A stretch of DNA of 64,000 bases from Candidatus Eiseniibacteriota bacterium (GTDB lineage: Bacteria; Eisenbacteria; RBG-16-71-46), in NCBI GenBank assembly GCA_963717505.1, contig OY970342.1, positions 1,568,001 to 1,632,000 on the forward strand, written 5' to 3'. The position numbers were made by a program, and so were the translations under genes. Shown one piece after another: positions 61,656 to 64,000 of this stretch. The notes beneath the pieces are model-generated. The model was given only the letters and a program-made list of their open reading frames with translations. It was not told the origin of the DNA and searched no databases. The first letter of the stretch is position 1; each line of letters starts with the position of its first letter.

Positions 61656-63737
61656 ATGTCGATCGCGCACGTCGCCCTGCCCCTGCCGCTGCGACGCACC
61701 TTCGCCTACTCGATCCCCGACGAGCTTTTGCCTCACGTGCGCCCCGGCGCCCAGGTCGACGTCCCGTTTCGCGCGCGCCGGCGCCGCGGCATCGTCACCC
61801 GCGTCGACCGCGAGCCCCTGACGCCGGACTCGACGCCCGTCCAGCCGATTTCCTCGGTGGCCGAGCCCGAGGCGGTTTCGGCCCACGTGCTCGAGCTGGC
61901 GACGTGGATTGCCGACTACTACCTGGCGCCGATCGGTGAGGTGCTGATCGCCGCGTTGCCCGGCGGACTCGAGGGGTTCGCGCGCAGCCGCGGGCGCAAG
62001 TCGGCGGTCGAGGATCGCACGGTGCGGCTGGCGCTGCCGGAACGGATTCGCCTGAGCGAGGGGCAGCGAGTGGCGCTCGAAGCGGCCACCGCGGCACTCG
62101 CCGCCGGCGGCTTCGCCCCGTTGTTGTTGCACGGGGTGACGGCGAGCGGCAAGACCGAGATCTACCTGCGTGCGGCACTCACGGCGCGCGAACAGGGCCG
62201 GCAGACCCTGTTGCTGGTGCCCGAGGTCGCGCTCAGCGACCAGCTGGTCGCCGAGTTCGAGCGCCGTTTCGGCGGACGGGTCGGCGTGCTGCACAGCTAT
62301 CTCGCGGTGGGCGAGCGGCGGCGGAACTGGGAGCTGGCGCGCCGCGGCGGGCTCGACGTCGTGGTCGGGGCGCGCTCGGCGGTGTTCGCCCCGCTGGCAC
62401 GACTCGGATTGATCGTGGTCGACGAGGAACACGAGCCGGCCTACAAGCAGAGCGAGCGACTCCGTTATCACGCGCGCGACGTCGCCGTCCGCCGCGCGCA
62501 GATGCTCGGGATCCCGGTGCTGTTGGGTTCGGCGACGCCGAGCCTCGAATCGCGCGCGAATGCGGCACGCGGCAAGTACCGCAGCGTGCGCCTGCCCGAA
62601 CGCGTCGACCACCGCTCGCTCCCGCGCATGCACGTCGTCGACCTGAGGCGCGAGGCCGGGCCGCCCGGACTGCTCAGCGCCCCGTTGCGAGCGGCGATCG
62701 CTGCGCGCCTCGAACGCCGCGAGCAGGTCCTGCTGTTCTTGAACCGCCGCGGACATTCACACCACGTCCAGTGCCGCGCCTGTGGCTCGGTACCCGAGTG
62801 TCCGCACTGCGACATCGCGCTCACGCTGCACGTCGAGCCGCGGGAGCTCAAATGCCACTACTGCGATCACCGCGCTCCGGTTCCCCAGGCGTGCCCGCAA
62901 TGCCAGGGACGCCTGTTTCGCTACTCGGGAAGCGGAACCCAGCGAGCCGAGCGCGAGCTCAGGTCGGTGTTTCCCACGGCTCGGCTCCTGCGCCTGGACA
63001 CCGACGTGTCTCGCGGACGCGAAAGTGTGGCGGCGATCGTCGGTCAGTTCCGCAAGGGTGACGCCGACATCCTGATCGGCACCCAGATGGTCGCAAAGGG
63101 ATTCGACTTTCCCGGCATCACGCTGGTCGGTGTGCTGGATGCCGACATCGGGCTCCACCTTCCGGACTTTCGCGCCGCCGAGCGTACCTACCAGTTGCTG
63201 GTGCAGGTCTCGGGGCGCTCCGGCCGCGGCCCCGTCGCCGGTGAGGTCCTGGTGCAGACCTGCACGCCGGAACATCCCGCGATCGTCGCCGCCGTGCTGC
63301 ACGACGATCGCAAGTTCCTCGACCACGAGCTCGCCCAACGCCGCGACGCGGGCTATCCGCCGTTCGTGCGCCTGGTCGTGCTGCTGTTCTCCGGCCCGTC
63401 GGAGTCCGCGGTGTCGCGCGTCGCGACCGAGGCGGCGGAATTGCTCCGCGCCGAGACCGTGGTGACGGCTGCGGTGACGGCGGCGCCGTTCGGACCGGGA
63501 GACCTCGTCACCGAAATCGACCCGTTCCCCGAGGCGAACGACGTGGTGCGCGTGCTGGGCCCGGCGCCGCACGCGCTGGCGCGAATCCGCGGGCAGCACC
63601 GGTGGCACGTGCTGCTCAAGTCCGCGGATGGTAGGCGACTGCACGAGGCGGCGCGGCGCGTGCTCGAACACTTCGAGGGTTCGCGCCCGGGGACTGTGAA
63701 AGTCGGGATCGACGTGGATCCGATCGACGTCCTGTAG
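61656..63737 (+). CDS. priA: Primosomal protein N' (replication restart helicase)
   Basis: GVTASGKTEIY, DEEH, SATPS, four CxxC pairs, GTQMVAKG.DFP, DVDP. Confidence 0.97.
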   Translation: MSIAHVALPLPLRRTFAYSIPDELLPHVRPGAQVDVPFRARRRRGIVTRVDREPLTPDSTPVQPISSVAEPEAVSAHVLELATWIADYYLAPIGEVLIAALPGGLEGFARSRGRKSAVEDRTVRLALPERIRLSEGQRVALEAATAALAAGGFAPLLLHGVTASGKTEIYLRAALTAREQGRQTLLLVPEVALSDQLVAEFERRFGGRVGVLHSYLAVGERRRNWELARRGGLDVVVGARSAVFAPLARLGLIVVDEEHEPAYKQSERLRYHARDVAVRRAQMLGIPVLLGSATPSLESRANAARGKYRSVRLPERVDHRSLPRMHVVDLRREAGPPGLLSAPLRAAIAARLERREQVLLFLNRRGHSHHVQCRACGSVPECPHCDIALTLHVEPRELKCHYCDHRAPVPQACPQCQGRLFRYSGSGTQRAERELRSVFPTARLLRLDTDVSRGRESVAAIVGQFRKGDADILIGTQMVAKGFDFPGITLVGVLDADIGLHLPDFRAAERTYQLLVQVSGRSGRGPVAGEVLVQTCTPEHPAIVAAVLHDDRKFLDHELAQRRDAGYPPFVRLVVLLFSGPSESAVSRVATEAAELLRAETVVTAAVTAAPFGPGDLVTEIDPFPEANDVVRVLGPAPHALARIRGQHRWHVLLKSADGRRLHEAARRVLEHFEGSRPGTVKVGIDVDPIDVL

Positions 63738-63864
63738 CGCCGCTGCCACGGTCGCGTCCGACACACCGCGGAACGTCAAGGCATGGTCAGAATCAGGGCC
63801 GAATCGAAGCCGGCGTGGAGAATCCGGAATCAGAATGCCGTCGCGGCGTAACCACTTCCGTGGC

Positions 63865-63893
63865 TTGACCCCCCCGGGGGCCGCGCCTAGAGT
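63865..63893 (+). promoter_or_regulatory. Possible sigma70 promoter for the next gene
   Basis: TTGACC-N17-TAGAGT; AAGGA RBS and ATG at 63971. Confidence 0.55.
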
Positions 63894-63970
63894 CCGATCG
63901 CTTCCCGAGACCCCCGGTTTTCCGGCAATTTGCCGGGTCTGATTGCCTTCCGACTGCCAAAGGAAGCCTG

Positions 63971-64000
63971 ATGAACCCAAGAAGCGCACCGCGTACTGCC
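63971..64000 (+). CDS. 5' end of an unidentified gene (runs off window edge)
   Basis: ATG preceded by AAGGA and a promoter-like sequence; only 10 codons visible. Confidence 0.35.
   Translation, partial: MNPRSAPRTA

Overview
High-GC bacterial window. Five secreted proteins carry a T9SS type-A/FlgD-Ig-like C-terminal domain and one ends in a 'TWGxxRxRYR' tail, which points to an FCB-superphylum lineage such as Ca. Eisenbacteria (inference). It holds a complete F1Fo ATP synthase operon (3415-11414) with several oddities. A sigma70 promoter is followed by a near-consensus Rex operator. An AtpI-like domain is fused in frame to subunit a through a His-rich linker. A secreted hypothetical gene sits between atpG and atpD. 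The 3' end of atpD plus atpC occurs again at 18070-18707 as a diverged copy (about 92% identical in atpC, mostly synonymous changes). The two copies bracket about 6.6 kb of secreted-protein cargo with no integrase, which looks like an island captured by recombination anchored on the conserved atp end. Three intergenic, correctly oriented sigma28-like promoters (GCCGATAA) precede an M23 peptidase, an aspartyl protease-PDZ protein and a c-di-GMP module (REC-GGDEF, GAF-HK-GAF-HD-GYP hybrid, REC). The rest is housekeeping and envelope genes: yajQ, NUDIX, GNAT, Mur-ligase-like, SDR, csp, GT-C-like proteins, Ser/Thr kinase, OPT, rhodanese-SufE, thioredoxins, M32 peptidase, PPIases, EVE, DinB, HzsA-like, cutA, tsaD, priA. 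I saw no tRNA, rRNA, CRISPR array, transposase or integrase. All calls come from reading motifs by eye; no searches were run.
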